Shown: one piece after another, positions 21,827 to 30,222 of the stretch | How the letters are laid out: each line of letters begins with the position of its first letter | Numbering within the stretch: the stretch's first letter is position 1 | Virus record (IMG/VR): IMGVR_UViG_3300018892_000001 | DNA length: 64,000 bases | From: an uncultured virus (IMG/VR IMGVR_UViG_3300018892_000001) | Taxonomy: Duplodnaviria; Heunggongvirae; Uroviricota; Caudoviricetes | Strand: one strand, 5' to 3' | Made by a program: the position numbers and the translations under genes | The notes under the pieces: generated by a model | The model's input: the letters and a program-made list of their open reading frames with translations, nothing else | What the model was told of the DNA's origin: nothing | Databases searched by the model: none

Positions 21827-22726
21827 ATGTCAAATCAATATGAATTAGCTCAAGCTCGAATTCAAACACTTCAGATTCTTGTGGTTGCCGAAGCCAAGGA
21901 ATACGATGCTGGTTGGCTAGACGGAGCAAAAACAATCTACCGAGAGGGAGGGCGTTTTGCTTCCAAGGGTTCTGGGGAAACCCAGGACAACCCTATTATT
22001 AGCAAAATCTCTGAGTCAATAAGGCAAAATGCCGAGAAACAATTTGCCTCTCTCACGCCAGAGAAGCAGAAAAAGGCAAAAGAGGAGCTTAAGACTATTA
22101 ATGATGGTTTTAATGAACTTGCCGATGGCATTGACAAGATGTCGCCAGAGGAGCAGGAGGAGTTACGGAAGTTCCTCGCTTCTCCGGATGTTAAACAGGT
22201 GCGAGAAGAAGTGGCGAAGTTGTTCGACTCAGTTGACAAAAAGGCGGGAAAAGCATTCCGGCAGGTAGACGCGAAGATTGATAAGGAACTCAAGGGACCT
22301 GGAACTCTTGGTAAGGCGATGAAGCGTATTCAGGCGATCGCCAATGATGTTATGGAAGGGGTGAAGGAGAATCCAGAGATTGTCGTAGGCGCCGCTATCA
22401 GTGCAGCGTGTCTTGTCGCTGGGGGAGCGGGAGCTGTTGCCCTTTTTAGCTTGCCGAATCTATTTTCCGTGGGGGGCGTATGGGGTGGACTAATAGCAAT
22501 AACTGAGGGAGCAACGGGAAGCGCGATCGCACAAGCGTTTGCGGCTGGTGGCTTGTCTCAGCTTGGATTTTCTGCCTCCGCTTATCTTGTTTCTTCTGGG
22601 CTTAGTAATCTTGTTCTGGATGCGACGATGCTCCTTAATAAGGATATTCGCGAGGAAATAAATCAGATAAAGGTTGAAAATGAACGCATAGCGAAAGAAA
22701 GTTTAGCAAAGCAATTTTCATTTTAA
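21827..22726 (+). CDS. Leader-family protein 2; long Gly/Ala hydrophobic C-terminal region
   Basis: Leader YELAQARIQ..VAEAKEYDAGWLDGAKTIYREGGRFASK; hydrophobic aa ~185-270; 1-nt gap to the previous gene. Confidence 0.75.
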   Translation: MSNQYELAQARIQTLQILVVAEAKEYDAGWLDGAKTIYREGGRFASKGSGETQDNPIISKISESIRQNAEKQFASLTPEKQKKAKEELKTINDGFNELADGIDKMSPEEQEELRKFLASPDVKQVREEVAKLFDSVDKKAGKAFRQVDAKIDKELKGPGTLGKAMKRIQAIANDVMEGVKENPEIVVGAAISAACLVAGGAGAVALFSLPNLFSVGGVWGGLIAITEGATGSAIAQAFAAGGLSQLGFSASAYLVSSGLSNLVLDATMLLNKDIREEINQIKVENERIAKESLAKQFSF

Positions 22727-22750
22727 ATCACGGAGAACCGTGACATAGAA

Positions 22751-24172
22751 ATGCTCAATCCATATGCGATCGCCGAAGCCCAATCTACATCCATTCTCTT
22801 AGAGTCTGCACTTAAGGAGTATGCAGCCGATTGGCTCAAGAACACTGAGAGCGTGATGCGGGATGAAACCGGGAAGTTTGCCAAGAAGGCGGCTTCCGTG
22901 GGTCAAAGTGCGTCCCAGGCTAAAGAATCTATTGAAGAGGCAGTTAAGAACCCCCAGGAAGCGAAGCGGAAGGTAAACAGTGAGTTACTTAAACTCACGG
23001 CAAGGGGTTTGGATAAACTTGTTCAGAAGTACCCAGAATTTACTGACCAACTCCTAGACAAGATGCTTGGGCTTGACGCTCAAGAGGCACGGGACAGGTT
23101 GGCAGATGAGTACGGACGCATTAACCCAGGATTGCCCAACGCCATCAGACCAGACCCATTGCCCGTACCCCTGAAGGAGACCCTAGCAGACATCCTCAAG
23201 AAGATAGCAGCAGACAAGGGAAACCCCAAGGAGTTGGCTAAAGACCTCCAAAAAGCATTTGAGCTATTGGGGGAAAACTACAACGATTTAATTGACGACC
23301 TCAACAATGTGGAGAGTGAGTCAGAGGCGGTTAAGCTCCTAGGGAAGATTGCGGCTACTTCTATTCCTATTACTGCCTATCTTGCTATCGCCCTTACTCC
23401 TGAAGTTGCAATCGGACTTCTACTTGGGGATAGTTTATCAACCATCCTTGTATCGACAGTAGCTAGCGAGGCTGTTAGTTTTGCTGCCAACAAGGGAATG
23501 GACAAGATGGATGTGAACAACCCTTGGGTGAGAATAGGGGTTGAATTGGCAATCGGGATTGGGGTTGGAGGGGCTGTTAGTACTGGGGCAAAACAGCTAG
23601 AAAATGCCAAAACAGCAGAAAAAATTGGCGCATTTGCGGACAAGAAGGTTAAGTTACTTCGTCGCAAAGCCGAAGCGACATTTAAAAAGGTCAAATCCGG
23701 CGGCAAATCTTCTATGGAGATTCCAGATTTCCCTCCTATTCTTAAGCAGAAACCAAAAGGAATTCCTGATGACATCGAGTTTGACCAAACACCTTATGGC
23801 ACAGGCTTGAGATTTGAGATAGAGGGCAATAAAGTATTACTAGGTCTTGGTGATGATGGGGTAGTAGGCTTCAAGATCAATGACAAGTTTGACATGGATG
23901 AATCTCTCGCCGACAACGTAAAAAGACGGGCGGCTGTTAAGTTAACTAAGTTATTTAAGTCATCTGTTGCAGAGATGGAAGAAGGGAAGATTCTGTGGTG
24001 CAATATCCATGACAAAGATGGAGTAAAAGCAGCAGATCGTAGATTTAAAGCTTATAAGCTTATGGGTTTTGGAGACAAAGTTGAAAACTCTGTATACGGT
24101 ATAATTAAGGAAGGTAAACTTGTACCTTACAAACCTTCTGCGGAGGATTTAAACAAACTACATGGTGACTAA
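22751..24172 (+). CDS. Leader-family protein 3; C-terminal domain with GNAT-like motif
   Basis: Leader KEYAADWLKNTESVMRDETGKFAKK. First ~190 aa closely match the 24390 ORF. C-terminal LWCNIHDKDG...RRFKAYKLMGF resembles the GNAT Y-x-x-x-GF motif (weak). Confidence 0.7.
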   Translation: MLNPYAIAEAQSTSILLESALKEYAADWLKNTESVMRDETGKFAKKAASVGQSASQAKESIEEAVKNPQEAKRKVNSELLKLTARGLDKLVQKYPEFTDQLLDKMLGLDAQEARDRLADEYGRINPGLPNAIRPDPLPVPLKETLADILKKIAADKGNPKELAKDLQKAFELLGENYNDLIDDLNNVESESEAVKLLGKIAATSIPITAYLAIALTPEVAIGLLLGDSLSTILVSTVASEAVSFAANKGMDKMDVNNPWVRIGVELAIGIGVGGAVSTGAKQLENAKTAEKIGAFADKKVKLLRRKAEATFKKVKSGGKSSMEIPDFPPILKQKPKGIPDDIEFDQTPYGTGLRFEIEGNKVLLGLGDDGVVGFKINDKFDMDESLADNVKRRAAVKLTKLFKSSVAEMEEGKILWCNIHDKDGVKAADRRFKAYKLMGFGDKVENSVYGIIKEGKLVPYKPSAEDLNKLHGD

Positions 24173-24341
24173 AACAGATGCCTATTCTTTATCAGGAGAA
24201 GAGGAGGACTACTGGCTTGAAGCTGTAGTCAACAAGTCAGAAGAGGAAGTAGAATCATTAATCAACGCTCTCCCTCCTGACAAGCAGAAAGCGGTTAACG
24301 CACTAATAGCCGAAACATTTTTTCCTAAAACAAAAGATTAA
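24162..24341 (+). CDS. Small acidic protein (59 aa), candidate immunity/partner protein; not in the ORF track
   Basis: MVTKTDAYSLSGEEEDYWLEAVVNKSEEEVESLINALPPDKQKAVNALIAETFFPKTKD*. Overlaps the 22751 stop by 11 nt, GGAGGA lies upstream, and it ends at a hairpin. Confidence 0.6.
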   Translation: MVTKTDAYSLSGEEEDYWLEAVVNKSEEEVESLINALPPDKQKAVNALIAETFFPKTKD

Positions 24342-24404
24342 AATCTCCGCTTCAACAGCGATAATGCTAGTTGAAGCGGAGATTTTTTTATGCTTAATTT
24401 TTAT
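24341..24404 (+). repeat. Hairpin + ATGCTTAATTTTTAT cassette, copy 1
   Basis: AAATCTCCGCTTCAAC-AGCGATAATGCTA-GTTGAAGCGGAGATTT followed by the start codon of the 24390 ORF; homologous to 27627-27689. Confidence 0.85.
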
Positions 24405-26378
24405 ACATTTGCTCAAGCTCAATGTGTCTCAATACTTTTAGAGGCAGCACTTAAGGAATACACGGCGGATTGGCTCAAGAATGCCGAAAGTGTTGTGCGG
24501 GACGAAACGGGTCGATTTGCTAAGAAAGCAGCTTCCGTCGGTCAGAACGTCTCTCAGGTCAAGGAATCTATTGAAGAGGCGATCAAGAACCCCCAGGAAG
24601 CCAAACGGAAGATTAGTAGCAAATTGCTTAAACTTATGGCAAAGGGGTTGGATAAATTAGTCCAAAAATACCCAGAATTTACTGAAAAGCTCCTAGACAA
24701 AATGTTTGGCTTGGATGCTCAAAAAGCACGAGACAGGCTAGCAGATGAGTACGGACGGATTAACCCAGGACTTCCCAATGCCATCAGACCTGACCCCCTG
24801 CCCGAACCTCTAAAGGAGACTCTGGCAGACATTCTCAAGCAAATGAAGGCACACAAGGGAGATCCCAAAGCACTAGCCAAAGACCTTCAAAGGGCATTTG
24901 AGCTTGCTGGGGAAAACTACAACGAATTAATAGATCAACTCAATAACAACCTGAGCAACAACGATCGCGTACAAGACTTCATTAAAACACTGGGAAAAAT
25001 AGCCTCTGCATCTATTCCCCTTTCCACCTTCCTCGCATTCACACTAGGACCAGAAATCGCGCTCGGACTACTGATGGAAGAAGGATTGGCTACGATCATA
25101 ACGAACACTGGTGTTGGCGTAACGTGGAATTTTGTTGCGGATAAAGCATTGGAAGCGGCAGATATCGAAGATCCGTGGGTGCAAGGGGGAGTTCATTTAG
25201 CTGTTTCTGTAGGTGCGACCACAGGGATGATGGACTGGCGAGGATTCTATCGTGCAGGGGTTCCAAAGTCAGCCAAGTTAGCCAAGGAGGCGGCAAAACA
25301 GGTTGATGTTCCGTCCGATCTGCTGGGGGCAGAAGCCGTTACCTTTGTTACTGGAGGTATTGGGGACGTAACAGGAGATACGGCAACTACGATTGCGTCC
25401 GGACTGGAACAACTAAAAAAAGATCCCAAGATACTTGGGTTTAAGTCCCAATACTTCGTTCCAAATACTAAGAGGGAGTTTGTAACTCAGAACCCTGGAG
25501 CAATCCCAAATCTAGCCACATTTACTAAAACCCTTGTTCAGAAAGGACGTAATCCTGATGCTGTCTCACTTGCAGCTCAAATAGCGGCTTGGCGTCAGAA
25601 ACATCCCCTCATTCCAATCACTTCAACTGGATATTCGGGTGGAGGGCTAATTAATCGAGAATGTGACGCAATCTTAAAAGAGATGGGCATAAATGACGTT
25701 AAGTTCGTTAATGTAGGAACCCCGGATCTGGGAATGTTCCCAACTAACAAAGCAATTCATATTAGTAGTCCTAACGATGAACTCAATGTCTTTAGTCCTA
25801 AAAATGCTCAACTTGTTCCTTCTGTTAAGAGCCATAAAAGCTATTACGAAGACCCTGAATTCTTTTTGACCCTTGATCGAGCTTTACTAGATAAATCAAG
25901 CCATGACTTGCTTAAACGAACAGAGGTATTATCTGGGTCAGAAGAGTACCACGCATTTAGGAAAGCAATAAAATCCGATCAAGTTAATTTTGATCGGATT
26001 CTTGCCAAAGGAGAAGAATTGTCAGAGGATGTCTCTAATAAATTCATATCTACGATGGGGGAATTTATAGATAAATTCAACCTTCCACTTGCTCAATTAG
26101 AAAAAGATATTACAACCAGTACAACTTCTAAAATTAACAAGGATTACCTAAGCCGAGGAGTAGGCGATCGCTTCAATGATCTAGAAAATGCTGCATCTAG
26201 ACTTGTGGATATCCTAGAAGCCAACCTTAGTCTTCAGCCTCAAGAAGCTGGGGTTGTTTCCTCTAAAGTGCAAGCAATTGTCAGCCAACTCAATGAAATC
26301 GCCCAAAATATCAAAAAGATTGATGGAAATCCCCAGATTATCGAACAAATTGAAGGAATATTAGAAGATATTGTTTAA
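24390..26378 (+). CDS. Leader-family protein 4; C-terminal alpha/beta-hydrolase (lipase/esterase-like) domain
   Basis: Leader KEYTADWLKNAESVVRDETGRFAKK. FVTGGIG, nucleophile elbow TGYSGGG, VGTP, downstream Asp (PNDEL) and His (KSHKSYY). Confidence 0.7.
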   Translation: MLNFYTFAQAQCVSILLEAALKEYTADWLKNAESVVRDETGRFAKKAASVGQNVSQVKESIEEAIKNPQEAKRKISSKLLKLMAKGLDKLVQKYPEFTEKLLDKMFGLDAQKARDRLADEYGRINPGLPNAIRPDPLPEPLKETLADILKQMKAHKGDPKALAKDLQRAFELAGENYNELIDQLNNNLSNNDRVQDFIKTLGKIASASIPLSTFLAFTLGPEIALGLLMEEGLATIITNTGVGVTWNFVADKALEAADIEDPWVQGGVHLAVSVGATTGMMDWRGFYRAGVPKSAKLAKEAAKQVDVPSDLLGAEAVTFVTGGIGDVTGDTATTIASGLEQLKKDPKILGFKSQYFVPNTKREFVTQNPGAIPNLATFTKTLVQKGRNPDAVSLAAQIAAWRQKHPLIPITSTGYSGGGLINRECDAILKEMGINDVKFVNVGTPDLGMFPTNKAIHISSPNDELNVFSPKNAQLVPSVKSHKSYYEDPEFFLTLDRALLDKSSHDLLKRTEVLSGSEEYHAFRKAIKSDQVNFDRILAKGEELSEDVSNKFISTMGEFIDKFNLPLAQLEKDITTSTTSKINKDYLSRGVGDRFNDLENAASRLVDILEANLSLQPQEAGVVSSKVQAIVSQLNEIAQNIKKIDGNPQIIEQIEGILEDIV

Positions 26379-26383
26379 ATACA

Positions 26384-26413
26384 TTGACATTGTGATAACA
26401 AGTAACTTATAAT
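26384..26413 (+). promoter_or_regulatory. Sigma70-type promoter with TGTGATAACA box in the spacer
   Basis: TTGACA (26384) - 18 bp - TATAAT (26408); TGTGATAACA at 26391-26400. Confidence 0.8.
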
Positions 26414-26455
26414 AGTAGAGTAAAGGTAAATAAAGCAAAACCAAACCAAACCACC

Positions 26456-27031
26456 ATGTTTAACTACATCAAAAATCTCCTCAACACTACTTCCGAAAAC
26501 GTTGTTGTCGTTCGCGACTTAAGTGTTGCAGCGGTAAAAGAGGTAGCTCCCGCTACATCCACATTCCTGGAAATCCAGAGTGGCAACAGCGCGAACTTCA
26601 ACTCTGACACGCTGCTACAAATGACATTGCAAGAGGTCGGTAGCAGCATCAAGAAAACGTCCGAGGAGGCGTGGTACGCCATTGTGGCGGACACACGAAA
26701 GGTTGACCGCCAGATTACCAAGTTACTCGAAATGAATAACCTTGGCGGTCAGGAAATGAAAATGTTCCTCTACTTTGGCGGTGGCGCGATCGCGACCTAC
26801 CACTTGTCCTTATGGGCAGCGTGGGTAATCGCGATCTTGTCCCTGCTAGGTTTCCTGGCAGGGCTGATCTTGTCATCCCTAGTGCAACTAGGCGGACAAG
26901 TAGCCGCATACCTCCTAATTGGAGGCTTGTTTGCGGTTAGTCTCAACGCAATAATTGACGATATCATCCAGTTTGTTTCTTGGATCAGTGATTCCAATGA
27001 AACTAAAGATCATGAGTTGATCGTCGCATAA
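26456..27031 (+). CDS. Membrane protein (moron-like), hypothetical
   Basis: Has its own promoter and terminator; 2-3 hydrophobic segments in the C-terminal half. Confidence 0.75.
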   Translation: MFNYIKNLLNTTSENVVVVRDLSVAAVKEVAPATSTFLEIQSGNSANFNSDTLLQMTLQEVGSSIKKTSEEAWYAIVADTRKVDRQITKLLEMNNLGGQEMKMFLYFGGGAIATYHLSLWAAWVIAILSLLGFLAGLILSSLVQLGGQVAAYLLIGGLFAVSLNAIIDDIIQFVSWISDSNETKDHELIVA

Positions 27032-27035
27032 ATCG

Positions 27036-27067
27036 AATCCCGCTCCGGGTATCTGGAGCGGGATTTT
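27036..27067 (+). terminator. Rho-independent terminator
   Basis: AATCCCGCTCCGG-GTA-TCTGGAGCGGGATTTT directly after the stop codon. Confidence 0.7.
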
Positions 27068-27247
27068 GCGTTTCAGGATCACAGATCTCTGATCTGAAGG
27101 AAGTAATAGAGGGCAATCACACTAAATCCACAAATAAACCCAGAAATTAGCCCAAAATCCCAAAATATATCCATTTTGCGTCGAATTTACTTGACTTTAG
27201 TGTTATAACATGACATTATAGATATAGAACAAATATTTACAAAAAAT

Positions 27248-27628
27248 ATGAATATCAAGCAGTCGCTGGTTCGTGCCAGCTTTTTTCTTGGCGTAATGAG
27301 CGCAATTGCACTCCGTATCGGAGTGTGGCTTTTACGACGAAGGACAGATGCAACGATTGCAATCATCCAAACAAAGACCATCTGTGCCCTCTTGCTGGGC
27401 GGGATAGCCCTCTACTGGCATCTCGACACCCTTGGGGTGCGGGTGCAGTCGTGGTTCGATGTTACTTGGCTCCGCCTTCAGTGGTGGAACCAAATAGAGA
27501 ACCTCCAATACGAAATTGGATGGAAGTCATTCCTAAGTTACTGGGACGGCTTCTCTACCGGAGCCGGATGGGGACTACTTCTCGGCGCAGGACTAATGTT
27601 TGTCCTGATGCGCCGCCAAAACACCTAA
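27248..27628 (+). CDS. Small membrane protein (moron-like), hypothetical
   Basis: Three hydrophobic segments; upstream TTGACT (27191) with TGTTATAACA box at 27201. Confidence 0.7.
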   Translation: MNIKQSLVRASFFLGVMSAIALRIGVWLLRRRTDATIAIIQTKTICALLLGGIALYWHLDTLGVRVQSWFDVTWLRLQWWNQIENLQYEIGWKSFLSYWDGFSTGAGWGLLLGAGLMFVLMRRQNT

Positions 27629-27689
27629 AAACTCCGTTTCAACAGCGATAATACTGTTGAAACGGAGTTTTTTTATGCTTAATTTTTAT
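27627..27689 (+). repeat. Hairpin + ATGCTTAATTTTTAT cassette, copy 2 (followed only by MLNFYPFP*)
   Basis: AAAAACTCCGTTTCAACAG-CGATAATA-CTGTTGAAACGGAGTTTTT, with compensatory stem changes relative to copy 1. Confidence 0.85.
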
Positions 27690-27723
27690 CCGTTCCCTTA
27701 ATCGCAATTAGTTAGATATATAA

Positions 27724-29496
27724 ATGCCCAATACAACCAACCCGATCGCACCCACCAACCCGACGCCCACCAATCCGACATCGACCAGTAGTACACCCGC
27801 GACAAACTCTAGTACAACTGCGATCACACCCGTAAAACCGAAGGCACCCCCACCCCAAAAGCAACCTATTGAAACCCTTCCAACTAAGAAAGCGACTTTA
27901 ACCAAGCAGGTTTTTGACCCTAGATTTGGGGCAAGTTATGCTCCACTAGAGATCAGATTTCTAACCGGAGCCTGTGCAGATCAACTATTAGATTTAGGGT
28001 TTAATATCCAAGACTTTTCCATGTCCCAAGCCCAAAACTGGGAAAAAGGGAAAGGGCAAACAATTCAGGTAGGGCATAATTTTGATAACGTCTCACCGTG
28101 GACGTTTAACCTTAATTGGCAATATTGGGGCTTGTGGGAGGACGTTCATCAATTGGCAGCCCTCTGCCAACATATGGGAACGATTGACCCTAAATTATCT
28201 ACACCACCCAAACTACAGTTTACCTTCGGCGAAGCCATAATTGACCCTGTTGTTTGCACCAACATAGATATTAAATTTGATGCCCCGCATCCAGGAAGTA
28301 AAGGGATGCGCCATGCAACTGTGACGGCAACCTTTGAACTTGAAGCTGGGAAAGGGACAAAGCATCAGCTTTCTCCACCTTTAGCCCCGAATGCCCTAAG
28401 CGATCGCATCCGAACCCTGACTGAAACAGAGCGAGAGCGTCAAGGGCTAATCGGAGTTACCCGCACCTCACTAGCCCCTTGCCTGGGTAAGAAGGGAAGC
28501 GAGAATGTCGCAAAGCTGCTGAAGGACAACAAGCTTGGGGATGAGGCGACCTTGCAGGCATTAGATGCCAACACATTCGTCCAATTGGCAGTAGCGGGAA
28601 CGATTCCTAAAGAAACCTTGGCTAAACCACAGTTCCAGGAGAAGCTTAAGCGTGATCTAGCGTTCCGTATGGCGAAAACTGAAAACGGAACAACTCCAGC
28701 CACCTCAGAGCAGCTTGCTCGCGCACTAGAAAGTGGCGATCCATTTGGTCTTCCCGAACAGTTCACGTCTACGCAACAGGACAGGCGCGTGGACGAGAAG
28801 GGAGTAGAAACGACTAAAGAAAACACCTTGTTTGGAAGGATATCAGGAGATTACCAAGCCGCTCTCACCGCCATCAAAGACCAAAAACTAGCTGCCAACG
28901 ATGACGTATTTAATCCCGTAAAAAATCCCACAGCCCAAGGGCGACTTACCGCCGCAGCAGGATGTGGGTTGGACTTAAGGAATAACGGAGCGCCTAAGAT
29001 CGCTAAAACTGAAGGGAAAGATGCCGTATTAATTTCAGGAATTAACCAGGCGATCGCAGGCACAAAGTCTGATGAAGAGTTGAAAAAGTTGTTCAACCTG
29101 CCCGAAAACACCCCAGATACCGTACTTCGGAAGATTAAAAATGGGGTACCTTATCAATCTAAGGATGAGTTCCTCGCCAGGTCATCGTATAACCAAATGG
29201 GCATTACGGGTCATTCGCTTTGGAGCAGTTTTGACGCGCATGAGTCGGCACAGCTCACTGAGGTCAACAAGTTTTTAACTCAAGAGAATCTTAGTGATGA
29301 CGACCTAAAAAAAAGATTTGGGGTAGGGGATGATATTGCCAAAAAACTCCGCAATAATGGCAAACCGTTTGCTTCTAAAGAGGAGTTTTTGAAGGCGTCA
29401 TCCCCTAATTCAACTGGAATAGATGGGAAGGGGAACCAGGTATGGCTCGACTTTGAACGGAATGTTGATAAAGTCAAGACGGCAGAACAGCCCTAG
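27724..29496 (+). CDS. Putative tail-tube initiator/baseplate protein with two C-terminal helix-hairpin-helix (ComEA-like) repeats
   Basis: Follows the TMP operon. PPKLQFTFGE..PVVCTNIDIKF...HATVTATF resembles GpU/CIS tube-like proteins. C-terminal repeats ELKKLF..KIKNGVPYQSKDEFL and DLKKRFGVGDDIAKKLRNNGKPFASKEEFL. Confidence 0.55.
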   Translation: MPNTTNPIAPTNPTPTNPTSTSSTPATNSSTTAITPVKPKAPPPQKQPIETLPTKKATLTKQVFDPRFGASYAPLEIRFLTGACADQLLDLGFNIQDFSMSQAQNWEKGKGQTIQVGHNFDNVSPWTFNLNWQYWGLWEDVHQLAALCQHMGTIDPKLSTPPKLQFTFGEAIIDPVVCTNIDIKFDAPHPGSKGMRHATVTATFELEAGKGTKHQLSPPLAPNALSDRIRTLTETERERQGLIGVTRTSLAPCLGKKGSENVAKLLKDNKLGDEATLQALDANTFVQLAVAGTIPKETLAKPQFQEKLKRDLAFRMAKTENGTTPATSEQLARALESGDPFGLPEQFTSTQQDRRVDEKGVETTKENTLFGRISGDYQAALTAIKDQKLAANDDVFNPVKNPTAQGRLTAAAGCGLDLRNNGAPKIAKTEGKDAVLISGINQAIAGTKSDEELKKLFNLPENTPDTVLRKIKNGVPYQSKDEFLARSSYNQMGITGHSLWSSFDAHESAQLTEVNKFLTQENLSDDDLKKRFGVGDDIAKKLRNNGKPFASKEEFLKASSPNSTGIDGKGNQVWLDFERNVDKVKTAEQP

Positions 29497-29963
29497 GCAC
29501 ACAAGCTACCAAACATTTGGTTCCACATTTCGCCCATATCCAATTTAGACACAGAACTAACCTGAGGAAGAGGCACAGGAGTTGGTTGTTTTAGACTGGC
29601 AACAATTGCAAAGGGAGCTTCTTCCCGCAAAATATCTTCCACGGCTTCCCGAAGGAAGTCGGACATAGTTGTCCCCTGGAGGAAGCATACGAGCTTAAAC
29701 CTTTCCTTTGTTTCCTTATCAATCAAAAACCGAATATATCCATCGGCTTTTTGCAGATTATTCTGGTAGTATTTCGTGCGAACACCTGCCCCAGCCGTCA
29801 ACTTTGCCGGAGGCTTCTTTGCTATTTTACTAAGGCTCACTCCTTCGAGAGAAGCAATAACAATTCCCTTGAGCAAGTCGGTCATCTTCCCGTTGGGGAC
29901 TAGATCTTTGAACCTTTGCTTGAGATCTTCGGGAATCCGGATTCGGATATCATCGTCTAGCAT
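29493..29963 (-). CDS. Tandem ribbon-helix-helix DNA-binding protein
   Basis: IRIRIPEDLKQRFK and YIRFLIDKETKERFKLVCFLQGTTMSDFLREAVE. Confidence 0.7.
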   Translation of the reverse strand: MLDDDIRIRIPEDLKQRFKDLVPNGKMTDLLKGIVIASLEGVSLSKIAKKPPAKLTAGAGVRTKYYQNNLQKADGYIRFLIDKETKERFKLVCFLQGTTMSDFLREAVEDILREEAPFAIVASLKQPTPVPLPQVSSVSKLDMGEMWNQMFGSLCA

Positions 29964-30222
29964 TGTCGTGAGCTTGGTGTGTTACATATGTTGTTATATT
30001 GTAACCTTTCAAAGTGTGTGTGAACACAATTGCTCATCATCATCTTCATGTTGTCGTATATCGTAGGCGATCGCATAGCTGAAGCCGATTAATGACAAAA
30101 TCCAAAAGAAACAAACCCCTTTGGGTATATGCCGGGGTTTTTTGCTTGATCACGGTTCTCCGTGACGAAGGTCTACACGTCATCCTTTGTTACAATGAGG
30201 TTATATAGCACAAAGCAAAGCC

